Source: a virus. Taken from it: a stretch of 64,000 bases of DNA. The notes below the pieces were generated by a model. The model ran no database searches. It saw nothing but the letters and a program-made list of their open reading frames with translations, and had not been told where the DNA came from. This document shows positions 38,174 through 47,130 of the stretch, piece by piece; within the stretch, counting starts at the first letter, position 1; the number at the start of each line of letters is the position of its first letter. The position numbers were made by a program, and so were the translations under genes. Where the stretch lies: IMG/VR virus record IMGVR_UViG_3300045988_131126, one strand, 5' to 3'.

Positions 38174-38620
38174 TTAACCTAGTGGTATTCCTCTATTTGT
38201 CATTATCTGCATGTATCTTTCTTGATCAATATCATAATTATATAATCCTGGAACAGAAAATGATGAATCATCATAATAATCTATATCAGATATATCATTT
38301 ATCATCTGATAATTATATCCATATCTCTGCTGTATGAATTTTGCTAACGATTCATTTAAAAAATCTAATACGTTACCATTACTGATACATATATAGATAT
38401 CTTCACCAGCCATTAATAATTGTATAATTCTAAAGAACGATATGAAATTATCATCGTTATTATATACAACTTCGGCAAAATATTTATCAAATTCTGGACT
38501 AGAAACATCTATAGATTCCATTCCATTAATAGATAATTTTTCTGTAGATTCATTCATCCCGGTGAAATTAACCGGGATGAAATTATCTGGAATATTATTA
38601 AATTTCCCAAATACAAGCAT
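38174..38620 (-). CDS. hypothetical protein (148 aa), shares a domain with 38620..39318
   Basis: FISFFRIIQLLMAGEDIYI...LAKFIQQRYGYN versus MSFFASILAALHQGINIVM...LVQYIQQQFGIV. Confidence 0.7.
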   Translation of the reverse strand: MLVFGKFNNIPDNFIPVNFTGMNESTEKLSINGMESIDVSSPEFDKYFAEVVYNNDDNFISFFRIIQLLMAGEDIYICISNGNVLDFLNESLAKFIQQRYGYNYQMINDISDIDYYDDSSFSVPGLYNYDIDQERYMQIMTNRGIPLG

Positions 38621-39318
38621 TACTTGCCTCCCCCATTTAATAATACAGAACTGTAATCATGATGAATAACATCTATTGGCTCTCTACCAGTACTAGCTAT
38701 TCCAATCAATGTATTCTTATATTCCATTATAGCTCTCATCTTTTCATTATAATCATTATAATTCACAATTCTGAGTCCTATTTGCATACATAATCGATCA
38801 ATTAGATCTGCATTCATCTCTCTGCTGTAATTTAAGAGAAAATCTATATGTGTGACAAGGTTATTTATATATAATAGCAATATATTCGCACTGTCATAAG
38901 AATCATTATACATATATTGATTCTCTGTAGTTGCTCCAACAATACCAAATTGCTGTTGTATATATTGTACTAATACTGCCGGGTATCGTAGATCCATTAC
39001 AGATCTTGGAAAATACATGACTATATTTATACCCTGATGTAATGCTGCTAATATAGAAGCGAAAAATGACATCGTATCTGGATTTCCTAATTGATCAGAA
39101 TATTCTAAATCAAACTCATCCTGATATCCATCTATAAATTTTTCCAGAATTTTATAATCTGGAACTAATGGCATAGATATAATAAATCCATATTGATCTA
39201 TTATATTTTTTTCTTCTATTGGATCTCCTAAATAGAGCACCTTCCATCCGGAGATGGAAGCGCTCATTGCTGTATTGATATCTGTTGTTACGGATAAAAT
39301 TCCTCTAAAAATTGACAT
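38620..39318 (-). CDS. hypothetical protein (232 aa)
   Basis: SD AAAGGAGA. Shares a domain with the downstream gene. Confidence 0.7.
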   Translation of the reverse strand: MSIFRGILSVTTDINTAMSASISGWKVLYLGDPIEEKNIIDQYGFIISMPLVPDYKILEKFIDGYQDEFDLEYSDQLGNPDTMSFFASILAALHQGINIVMYFPRSVMDLRYPAVLVQYIQQQFGIVGATTENQYMYNDSYDSANILLLYINNLVTHIDFLLNYSREMNADLIDRLCMQIGLRIVNYNDYNEKMRAIMEYKNTLIGIASTGREPIDVIHHDYSSVLLNGGGK

Positions 39319-39340
39319 AATATTATCTCCTTTTCAAAGA

Positions 39341-40786
39341 TCAATATCCATCGTCCTCAACATCTTCTTCTGGGATATGATCTTCGGTATTTTCTTCTTG
39401 TGGTTGAATATATTCTTTATTTTCAACCACATGTTCTTCTTGATTTTCCAGATCTTTAATATCTGGAGTATTATCCATATAAGTTCCTGGATCAACATTC
39501 GTTTCCACAGGAGCTGGATCAATCATATCTTTGTTTTTGTAGATATTACTTTCAACAACAGGGGAATCTGAGACAGATGTATTGTTGTTGAAATTATCTT
39601 TGCTATTCTTCTGAGTTGACATATTATTTCTATTGTAATATCCAGGATCATTTCTTCCTAAATATTTTTTGTTGTTATTCTGCTTATATGGCTTATCCTG
39701 TCTAGGTCTATTATCTTTGTGATAATTTCTGTCTCTTTCACTATGATCTTTATAAGCTGGTTTTACAGTTACAACTCTTTCTTTTACAGGTTCTTCTTTA
39801 ACAACTGGAATTACTTCTTTAGGTTCTTCATTTTTAGGCTGATAATCTGATGAGACCTCTTCTACTTTAACATCACCTCCATCATGCGTAATTTTTACAC
39901 GACTCTTTGCAGGGATGAAGTTCGTTTTCTTCATATTATTCCCTAAATCTCTTTCCATTACAACCTTACTTCCTCTTGTGACTTTGATCTTCATATTCGG
40001 ACCTCCTGATTTCTTAATAAATTTTTGGTTATTTTCTTCTGATTCTTTTGCTAACTCTTTTGCAAATACTCGTTTTCCGCATTTAGTACATATAAAATTA
40101 TTAAATCCGATATCGTAATCAATCTCTCCTAAACAATATCCTGTTGGAGAATATGGATCTTTATTATGACATACTAATTTAGCAGGATCTAATTCTACCA
40201 AATATGGAAAATCTAATAATACGGGACCAAACCCTTTTCTTAAACCGTAATTTAAGTAATAATCTGATCCTATATCCTCTAGTGCGTAAGTATTGTTTGA
40301 TAAAAATTTGTATATCAAATCAAATACATCCGGTGCTATAGACATGAACTGCTCTAAAGATGTTATAGGTTCTACCCTTTCAAACATCCCTACTTGTCCA
40401 AATTCTGATACTTCAAATACTTTGGTTACAAATGGTTTCAAAAGCATTTGATTTCTAAATTCATCTGGAGTATCTTTAAGTCCAACTCTATCTATTGCAA
40501 CTTTACATACTATTTCAGGATATGTAAAGTTTTTGTAGCATATTCTATTGGTACCCTGAACTAACTTTCTAAAGTTTCTTGATTCCATAACTTCGTTTAA
40601 CAACTTAGTTTTCTTCGATATTTTAGAAGCTAATTTTGGATTAGTAGCTATAGAGTTCATATATCTTATATCGTATGGTGACAATAAATCATATAAACCA
40701 ACTGGTGGTCGTAATGATTCAAAATGAAACTCCAGAGGAGACATCTTTTTCGTATATAAAATACTTAATAAATCTGCTCTAGCCAT
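39341..40786 (-). CDS. hypothetical protein: possible protein-kinase-like fold, Cys4 zinc ribbon and disordered charged tail
   Basis: IVCKVAIDR (VAIK-like), ALEDIGSDYYLNYG (D...N loop), VLLDFPY (DFG-like), CHNK...C...CTKCGK, then a K/E/N/D-rich low-complexity tail of about 200 aa. Confidence 0.3.
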   Translation of the reverse strand: MARADLLSILYTKKMSPLEFHFESLRPPVGLYDLLSPYDIRYMNSIATNPKLASKISKKTKLLNEVMESRNFRKLVQGTNRICYKNFTYPEIVCKVAIDRVGLKDTPDEFRNQMLLKPFVTKVFEVSEFGQVGMFERVEPITSLEQFMSIAPDVFDLIYKFLSNNTYALEDIGSDYYLNYGLRKGFGPVLLDFPYLVELDPAKLVCHNKDPYSPTGYCLGEIDYDIGFNNFICTKCGKRVFAKELAKESEENNQKFIKKSGGPNMKIKVTRGSKVVMERDLGNNMKKTNFIPAKSRVKITHDGGDVKVEEVSSDYQPKNEEPKEVIPVVKEEPVKERVVTVKPAYKDHSERDRNYHKDNRPRQDKPYKQNNNKKYLGRNDPGYYNRNNMSTQKNSKDNFNNNTSVSDSPVVESNIYKNKDMIDPAPVETNVDPGTYMDNTPDIKDLENQEEHVVENKEYIQPQEENTEDHIPEEDVEDDGY

Positions 40787-41546
40787 TTTTCTGTCCTTGC
40801 CTTTTCATAAGTTCTTGCAAAAACTTTTCTCTTCTTTGTTGATATTCATTCATAACCCTTAAATTTGATGGTAATGATACTTCCATATCATCTAAACTTA
40901 TAGGTTGAATATTATCATAATTCTGCTGATAACCAACTACATTATTATGCATATTAAGCAACTGCTGATAGCTCTGTTGATTATACAACTGCTTCAAATT
41001 CTGTTCTTTTTCTCTCTTCTCCCTCTCTACAATATCATACGTAATCTTATAACCATTTTCCATAAAATAAAATAAATCAGCATCTGGCGGCATGATAGAA
41101 TCATCATGCTGTTTCTGCTTATTCATATTCACCAAATGATTTACTTTCTTTGATGGCATATAAGATTTATTCTTCTTTGTTGCGTGGTAATTTCCTCCAA
41201 TACTCTGACTCGCAATACACTCTTGATTATATTTTTGAATATCAGCTAATTGCTCTTGAGTGTAATGATATACATCTCTTACGATTTCTGGAGAATCTGT
41301 TTCATTGTAAACAAAAGAAGCTTTGTTTAATCTCTTAGTTAAGTCTTGCTGTTTTTTCATTTCTCTATTATAAGCTTCTTGTTGTTGCCTCATCATCTCT
41401 TGATAGGCGTATGGATTATACATATTATAATTTCCATTATAATATCCAGGCATATATCCTGGTATACCTTGTTGGTAATATGGATTATTACCAAAATTAT
41501 TCGGACCTACTCCATATTGAGTAGGCCCTGGTCCTGTATAAATCAT
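40779..41546 (-). CDS. hypothetical protein with Q/N/Y/G/P-rich N-terminal low-complexity domain
   Basis: MIYTGPGPTQYGVGPNNFGNNPYYQQGIPGYMPGYYNGNYNMYNPYAYQ..., followed by a charged, helical-looking region. Confidence 0.7.
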   Translation of the reverse strand: MIYTGPGPTQYGVGPNNFGNNPYYQQGIPGYMPGYYNGNYNMYNPYAYQEMMRQQQEAYNREMKKQQDLTKRLNKASFVYNETDSPEIVRDVYHYTQEQLADIQKYNQECIASQSIGGNYHATKKNKSYMPSKKVNHLVNMNKQKQHDDSIMPPDADLFYFMENGYKITYDIVEREKREKEQNLKQLYNQQSYQQLLNMHNNVVGYQQNYDNIQPISLDDMEVSLPSNLRVMNEYQQRREKFLQELMKRQGQKNG

Positions 41547-41598
41547 AATTGTTATCTAGTCCTTTCTTAGTTTAGTACTTATATAATATACAAGACAA

Positions 41599-42312
41599 TT
41601 ATTCATTACTATAATCTTTTATGGAATCACTAAAAGCTTCTAATTCCATTGACTGAGAAATGTATATCATGATAGATCTCAACAGTGAGTCATGATATAC
41701 TACAAGTAAAGGATAAATGATGCTAAACATTTTTCCTTTTTCTGTATCTGATATACCATTTTCGACACACATAACTAAAATATTAGCATGTAATTCGTTG
41801 AATACTTCAGCAACAAATTTATCTACTGCTAATATGACAGTACTAGTGATATCCTGTGGTGGCATTGGTATTTTTGACATCAACTCGATAATCGATAAAA
41901 ATAAATTCGTAGTTATATTAGGATTCATTTTTGTAAGATTCTGTGCGAATCTAATACCTGTATCTATATTGTAAAAATACTCTATAGTATTTTTTACAGA
42001 TAATCCGAGTGACGCTAAAGAATCCATTAAAATATGAATGAATCTATCAGAATTTATCATACCAGATAATTCTTTAGCTTCTGTCGCAATCTTTCCTTTA
42101 TACTTATATTCTGGATATATAGATTCAATGTCTTTATTAATACATTCATACACTGAATTATATGCGATAACTTTAGATGCTTCTCCATTTGGGTTGTACT
42201 CATCTGGATCATCAGTACCAATTACATTTTCTGTAAGAGATGAAAAATAATCATGATAAACTACAACACTGTCATCTGTACCATTTGTTGGTAAATTGTT
42301 TTCTTTCTGCAT
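41599..42312 (-). CDS. hypothetical protein (237 aa)
   Basis: ATG 42312 (MQKENNL...) with SD GAAAGGAGAA. The track start is TTG. Confidence 0.7.
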   Translation of the reverse strand: MQKENNLPTNGTDDSVVVYHDYFSSLTENVIGTDDPDEYNPNGEASKVIAYNSVYECINKDIESIYPEYKYKGKIATEAKELSGMINSDRFIHILMDSLASLGLSVKNTIEYFYNIDTGIRFAQNLTKMNPNITTNLFLSIIELMSKIPMPPQDITSTVILAVDKFVAEVFNELHANILVMCVENGISDTEKGKMFSIIYPLLVVYHDSLLRSIMIYISQSMELEAFSDSIKDYSNE

Positions 42313-42328
42313 AATAGATTCTCCTTTC

Positions 42329-43216
42329 TTATTCTGCAACTGGGATATTCTTTATTTGATCGTGATGTTTGTAATCAATAAGTTTGATATCCGATTCAGT
42401 GAAATCGTAAAATGATGGTTCTTCTTTGTTGCAACTTAATTCATATTTTGGAGCTTCGTAAGGCTCTCTAATGATCATCTCTTTAATCATGTCTATATGC
42501 CTATCATAAATATGACAATCACCAATTTGATGAATTAATTTTCCTGGTGTATATCCTGTAGCTTTAGCAATAAAAATAAGCAGAGCTGCATACTGACATA
42601 CATTCCAGTTATTTGCGGTTAAGAAATCTTGAGATCTTTGCGTAAGCATCATATCAAGATACTTAGTCCCGCTTTTATCTGTTCTTACATTCCATTGCGT
42701 TAAAAATGCGCATGGCTCTAATCCCATTTTAGAAAGATCATCTATATTATAAATGTCTGTAATAATTCTTCTAGAGGTGGGATTATGTATTAATTCATTA
42801 ATGATATAGTCTGTCTGGTCAAGTTCTAAAATTTCTCCAGTACAACTTCCATCACTATGCAAGCATTCTACGCTTACTGGTCTGAATCTATGTCCAATTT
42901 GATATCCATAAGCTAATCCGATCTTTCCATCAGATGTAGCCCATTGATCCCAAATATGGGAATTTAATTCTTTAATGTCATTGGATTTCTTCTGGAAAAT
43001 CCATAAAATTTCATCTACACAAGCTTTAAGATTAATAGGTCTTAAAGTCAATGCAGGAAACTCTCCTTTAGATAAATCGTATACTGTGTGTACATCAAAT
43101 ACTTTTAATGTTTTTGCTGGAGTTCCATCTGGCCATATAGCTCTTACCGGAACTTCTTCACCTTCATCTAAAATTCTTTTTGCAGTTTCGATAAACTTCT
43201 GATCTGCATAACTCAT
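42329..43216 (-). CDS. thyA: thymidylate synthase, B. subtilis ThyA / phage ThyP3-like subtype
   Basis: ILWIFQKKSNDIKEL..IWDQWA..GLAYGYQ, SRRIITDIYN, EPCAFLTQWNV (catalytic Cys), QRSQDFLTANNWNVCQYAAL (Asn retained), GDCHIYDRHI. True start is ATG 43216 (MSYADQKF...) with SD AAAGGAGAG. Confidence 0.9.
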   Translation of the reverse strand: MSYADQKFIETAKRILDEGEEVPVRAIWPDGTPAKTLKVFDVHTVYDLSKGEFPALTLRPINLKACVDEILWIFQKKSNDIKELNSHIWDQWATSDGKIGLAYGYQIGHRFRPVSVECLHSDGSCTGEILELDQTDYIINELIHNPTSRRIITDIYNIDDLSKMGLEPCAFLTQWNVRTDKSGTKYLDMMLTQRSQDFLTANNWNVCQYAALLIFIAKATGYTPGKLIHQIGDCHIYDRHIDMIKEMIIREPYEAPKYELSCNKEEPSFYDFTESDIKLIDYKHHDQIKNIPVAE

Positions 43217-43268
43217 AGTTTGTTCTCTCCTTTTTATATGTAATTTTATAAGAAAGTTGCCCAAGATA

Positions 43269-43976
43269 TCAAAAATGATATCTTGGGTCAATTAACTTTT
43301 TATATTTATTGATTTCTTCTATAGTGAAATTAGATAATTTTTCTATAGGTCTTAATAAAATAGGAATGTTTTCTGAATACTGTAAAGATTCTCTTGTACT
43401 ATTATCTACATAATCATTGCACTCCAGCATCTTTATCATCGTTTCTTTATCTATTTTTCCTATACCTACAGTTCCATTATGTTGATCAAATTTGGACATA
43501 GCCTTTTCTACTTCGCTATCTTTATTAAAATTTATATGTCCTTTAATATGGAAGAAAGATACATCAATATTATATGTAATAATCATATTCATGATACTAG
43601 TTATAATATTCTGATTTGCTACCTTTTCTCCAGATGAATTTAATAGATATCCTTTATCATCTAAAGTCCATCCATCAAACCATTCTCTTAACCCTTTGAC
43701 AGATATAAGCGAATCACTAAATATATTAATATATTTTGGCTGTTCAGACATTAATCGTCTTGCGTCAAAAGCCAGTTGTACAGCCATTTGTATGGCATAA
43801 ATTTCGCCGAAATTATTAGTAGTATTTCTATTGATTTGTATTTGTTCGGCAAGTTTCTGATCTCCAATCATAGCAACAAATCCAGAAGCTGAATCAAATC
43901 CATAATTCATATTTCTGACTGATGCATCTGTGAAGATATTTAATGTTGTTGGTTTAAAATTGATTCTTTCATTCAT
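43269..43976 (-). CDS. rnhA: ribonuclease HI with C-terminal extension
   Basis: IFTDAS, TNNFGEIYAIQMAVQLA, INIFSDSLISVKGLREWFDGW, HIKGH...ECNDYVD match the E. coli RNase HI D10/E48/D70/H124/D134 blocks. Confidence 0.85.
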   Translation of the reverse strand: MNERINFKPTTLNIFTDASVRNMNYGFDSASGFVAMIGDQKLAEQIQINRNTTNNFGEIYAIQMAVQLAFDARRLMSEQPKYINIFSDSLISVKGLREWFDGWTLDDKGYLLNSSGEKVANQNIITSIMNMIITYNIDVSFFHIKGHINFNKDSEVEKAMSKFDQHNGTVGIGKIDKETMIKMLECNDYVDNSTRESLQYSENIPILLRPIEKLSNFTIEEINKYKKLIDPRYHF

Positions 43977-44026
43977 AAGCTAATTCTCCTTTTCTTAAAT
44001 TTCATATAAATAATATACCAACAAAC

Positions 44027-44065
44027 GAAATATTCCTCTATACTACATACATTGTAGTATAGAGG
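44027..44065 (-). terminator. rho-independent terminator
   Basis: 17-bp stem TATTCCTCTATACTACA / TGTAGTATAGAGGAATA, then TATTTCGTTTGTT. Confidence 0.7.
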
Positions 44066-44150
44066 AATACACGTACTTGTACTAAAAGAAAGGCTAAGAT
44101 AATAATTATGATTATATCATAATTATGTCATTTTATTTATTATTTTCTAA

Positions 44151-44510
44151 TTACTCAGTATACTTGACGAAATTGAAATCTTTTTTCAATTCTCCAATAT
44201 TAAGTTTTCCGATATCGGATTCTCTTAATACAATATTGATTCTCTTTCTATCAATATTGTATAAACTTTCGATAGATGACATAGCTTCTTCCAAAGTTGC
44301 TTCATTTTCAGCCATATATCTTTCCAAGTTATTAGCAAATTCAACCATAAATGGTCCTTCAGATTCTCTCATTACAATAATTTTTTCTGTAGTAAACCCT
44401 AATAATTTAGCCTGATTTTCAGTAATTTCCTGTAAGGAATTAAAATCAGAATTGATCTTAAGATCAGAAGTTAACTCACTCTCTAAAAGAGACATAACAC
44501 TTTCTTTCAT
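44151..44510 (-). CDS. small acidic hypothetical protein (119 aa)
   Basis: SD AGGAGGAA. Terminator downstream. Confidence 0.7.
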   Translation of the reverse strand: MKESVMSLLESELTSDLKINSDFNSLQEITENQAKLLGFTTEKIIVMRESEGPFMVEFANNLERYMAENEATLEEAMSSIESLYNIDRKRINIVLRESDIGKLNIGELKKDFNFVKYTE

Positions 44511-44548
44511 GTATTTATTCCTCCTATCAATATTAATTTATTGTTTAC

Positions 44549-45397
44549 CTATACAGATGTGTACAAATCCGAATAATCATGATAAATAGGCATAATCATA
44601 TTACCATCTTTAGAATAATCATGATATATCGGATTTATCATAATTACATTATTATCGTAAGTATTAGTTCCAATAGCTTTCTGTTCTGGCGCACCTTTAA
44701 TCTCTTTTATTCTATTAAACATAGAATCTATCAAAGCTTCCATATTCTCTGCATTTGGAATTATGTACGATCCTTCTTCTGGTTTCAGTTCTATATAAAC
44801 AGGTTTTCTTTCTAAAATAGACATATTATACGATTGATTATATAATTCTGTCTGTTTTCTCATAGCTTCCAATTTAGTCTTGCTCTCTTCTGGTATAAAT
44901 TGAGAGTAATTTTGTTCAAATAATTGATAGTTTCCCATTACATTATCTAATGGTATAAATAATACTTGCTTATGTACTAAATCGTGTACAGTCTCTGCTA
45001 GCGGTATTAAACCAACCATTAAGAAGTAATGCAGATACATTACTTCGTGAGCTACAAGTTCTATATTTAAAGGTTCTCTCATGTACATACGTTTATTAAA
45101 TACTGTAATAAAATATTCGTATAATGTAAATGGACAATGATGAATATGTATTTTTATCTTAAAAGATTCCTCATTAGATACATTTTGAAATATACTGCAC
45201 TTATTCATATCCATATAATCTCTTAGATAGTTGACAAGTTGTCTGTATTCAAATGACCCTCTTATGAGTTTTTCTCCATCAGCTACATATTTAGCAAAAT
45301 CTTTTTTATCAAATAAATCATATTCTTCTTCACAGAATGGTGGTATGTTATCCATTACAAGTATACTTTTATCTTCGTATACTGTTAAATCGTTCAT
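44549..45397 (-). CDS. hypothetical protein with HH...TVHxxxH motif, paralog of 31085..31810
   Basis: ATG 45397 with SD GAGGTG. The C-terminus carries a PIYHDYS x2 repeat. Confidence 0.7.
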   Translation of the reverse strand: MNDLTVYEDKSILVMDNIPPFCEEEYDLFDKKDFAKYVADGEKLIRGSFEYRQLVNYLRDYMDMNKCSIFQNVSNEESFKIKIHIHHCPFTLYEYFITVFNKRMYMREPLNIELVAHEVMYLHYFLMVGLIPLAETVHDLVHKQVLFIPLDNVMGNYQLFEQNYSQFIPEESKTKLEAMRKQTELYNQSYNMSILERKPVYIELKPEEGSYIIPNAENMEALIDSMFNRIKEIKGAPEQKAIGTNTYDNNVIMINPIYHDYSKDGNMIMPIYHDYSDLYTSV

Positions 45398-45470
45398 GTT
45401 TATCACCTCTTATTATTTTACCTAATTGTATACTATATTAATAATAAAAGAAAAGGAGGAAGTTGTAATT

Positions 45471-46394
45471 ATGAAAACAACTATCAAAAAACCAATTATT
45501 CCTGGAGTAGGAGAAAGAATGAATATACCACATATTCAAACCTGTAGTGCTGAATATAATAATATGATTCTTGAATCTCCTATTAAATCAATCGAAAGCA
45601 AATATTATTTCGATGTCAATCCTATGTATCTGGTAAATGCGTTCAATATGACAGGAGTTATGCTGGAAAGTTATTATGGTCCAAAAGATGAAAGTCCTTC
45701 ATATTTTATTTTATCTCCTGAAGATGCTATTAGATTAGGTAATTCTATTATAGATGCAGCTAATAAATGCGCAGAATATAATAAGATTCTCTATAATAGA
45801 GATAAGATGGTTAATATGCTTAAATCTAATATAGAGAAAGGCTATGTAGATACACTGGTTATTAAATATCATAAAAAATGTAGTATGGAGGTCAATAATC
45901 CTTATACGCATATTTACAATGTATATCCCATTTATAAAGAGAAAATTAAAAATAATCATTTTAATTTTAATATTCCATTGACTATTACAGATTTCACTAC
46001 TATAGATGGAACAGATATCAATCCAAATGATTTAATTCGTGGTATGAAGGATAGTATATATGCTATGTTTTGTAATCACACATATTATTCTTGTTTATCA
46101 GAAGAAGAGAATAAAAAGCTTGATGAAATGAGAAAGTTCAAAATCAAATTTGCAAATATGAGAAAGGTAATCGAAAGAGATTATAATACATCAGTAATTG
46201 ATAATAAACGAAATAAAGAAAAATATAAAGAGAATCAAAAATTACTTTTAAACAACGCTCAATATGCAGCTGAAAGAGATGCTAGATTAGCAGAATCTCT
46301 TAAAGATGTACCTAGAGATAAAAACGGTAGAATTAATTTTGCCGAAGCAGTAAAGGCTATGGGTATTAAATTAGACTTTAATGGGAAGAAATAA
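45471..46394 (+). CDS. hypothetical protein (307 aa)
   Basis: ATG 45471 (MKTTIKKP...) with SD AAAAGGAGG. The track start is TTG. Confidence 0.75.
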   Translation: MKTTIKKPIIPGVGERMNIPHIQTCSAEYNNMILESPIKSIESKYYFDVNPMYLVNAFNMTGVMLESYYGPKDESPSYFILSPEDAIRLGNSIIDAANKCAEYNKILYNRDKMVNMLKSNIEKGYVDTLVIKYHKKCSMEVNNPYTHIYNVYPIYKEKIKNNHFNFNIPLTITDFTTIDGTDINPNDLIRGMKDSIYAMFCNHTYYSCLSEEENKKLDEMRKFKIKFANMRKVIERDYNTSVIDNKRNKEKYKENQKLLLNNAQYAAERDARLAESLKDVPRDKNGRINFAEAVKAMGIKLDFNGKK

Positions 46395-46396
46395 TA

Positions 46397-46696
46397 ATGA
46401 CAATATTATATGTAGATTCTAAAGCAAATAAAGCGGAAGTGATGGATAATATAACATCTCAAACTATTGTATCATTCTATATATCAGAAGGAAGTTTAAA
46501 ATCAATAAAATCCTCACAAGACGCTGAAGGTATATCATTTTGCAATATACCTATTGGTATAAGTTATAATAATCAACACATAGTAATTTCTGTTAATAAT
46601 ATGGATAGAATAATAACTATTATTCTGAATGATATATTAACTAGAGAGATTACAAATAGAATAGATATCACTTTTGAAAATATCTATATAAATTAA
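46397..46696 (+). CDS. small hypothetical protein (99 aa)
   Basis: Coupled to the upstream gene and followed by a strong terminator. Confidence 0.6.
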   Translation: MTILYVDSKANKAEVMDNITSQTIVSFYISEGSLKSIKSSQDAEGISFCNIPIGISYNNQHIVISVNNMDRIITIILNDILTREITNRIDITFENIYIN

Positions 46697-46706
46697 TCAA
46701 AAATTT

Positions 46707-46746
46707 AGGGTAAATCTTATAAGATTTACCCTATTTTTATTTTTTC
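46707..46746 (+). terminator. rho-independent terminator
   Basis: AGGGTAAATC...GATTTACCCT stem, then ATTTTTATTTTTT. Confidence 0.8.
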
Positions 46747-46836
46747 TAAAAACTTTTTTCGTCCACAGCTATCCAAATTTGGTACAATAAAGCATTTTTG
46801 GAAATAGTTAGATAAACTAAACTTTTTTTCAATTAC

Positions 46837-46858
46837 AGATTATATTTGTAATATAATT
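46837..46858. repeat. left arm of a 22-bp perfect inverted repeat
   Basis: AGATTATATTTGTAATATAATT. Its partner is at 47109..47130. Confidence 0.85.
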
Positions 46859-46952
46859 CATATTACCATTAAAAAAAGTAAAATAAAGATTTAATAGAAA
46901 TCCTAAAAGTTTAAGTTAAATACTAAGATAGATAAATGAAAAATACTAACGG

Positions 46953-46962
46953 TTTATGTAAT
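46953..46962 (+). promoter_or_regulatory. TTTATGTAAT motif inside the 46.75-47.24 kb non-coding region
   Basis: Same 10-mer core as at 27150 and 57187. Located about 280 nt upstream of ATG 47243. Confidence 0.35.
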
Positions 46963-47020
46963 CTACATAGATAAATACTATATTGAAGTAAGTTCTTGTA
47001 GAATTACTGCCTCAGGCAGA

Positions 47021-47034
47021 TAGAAACTTGTAGA
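47021..47034 (+). promoter_or_regulatory. 14-nt element perfectly complementary to the SD-to-AUG spacer of gene 47243
   Basis: TAGAAACTTGTAGA (47021..47034) is the exact reverse complement of TCTACAAGTTTCTA (47229..47242), which directly abuts ATG 47243. Confidence 0.45.
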
Positions 47035-47108
47035 ATCTTATAGCCAGTTAAATAAGAATCGCTATTAACTTGCTTAGTAGAGAATGGTTTAAAGTGAAAT
47101 AAAAGTAA

Positions 47109-47130
47109 AATTATATTACAAATATAATCT
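47109..47130. repeat. right arm of a 22-bp perfect inverted repeat
   Basis: AATTATATTACAAATATAATCT is the exact reverse complement of 46837..46858. Confidence 0.85.

Noticed and set aside
42329-43216. ThyA homolog acting as a dUMP/dCMP hydroxymethylase, implying hypermodified DNA.
   Set aside because: The catalytic Cys and the dUMP-specifying Asn (NWNVCQY) are retained, and the whole sequence tracks B. subtilis ThyA closely. A DHFR is present, consistent with ordinary dTMP synthesis. The sequence gives no evidence for modification.
44101-44125. AT-only palindrome ATAATTATGAT-TAT-ATCATAATTAT downstream of 44151..44510.
   Set aside because: It consists only of A/T plus a single G/C pair per arm in a very AT-rich spacer. 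A chance occurrence is plausible and there is no associated gene start.
46995-47036. Possible mini-CRISPR or solitary repeat unit (CTTGTAGAAT twice, 32 nt apart).
   Set aside because: There are only two 10-nt copies, no longer repeat consensus and no cas genes. The copies are better explained as part of a regulatory leader.
46837-47130. MITE-like element bounded by 22-bp terminal inverted repeats.
   Set aside because: No target-site duplication flanks the arms (left flank TCAATTAC, right flank CTGTCATC), and no second copy exists in the window. The arms contain the promoter-like TGTAAT core, so a regulatory role seems more likely. This is not fully excluded.
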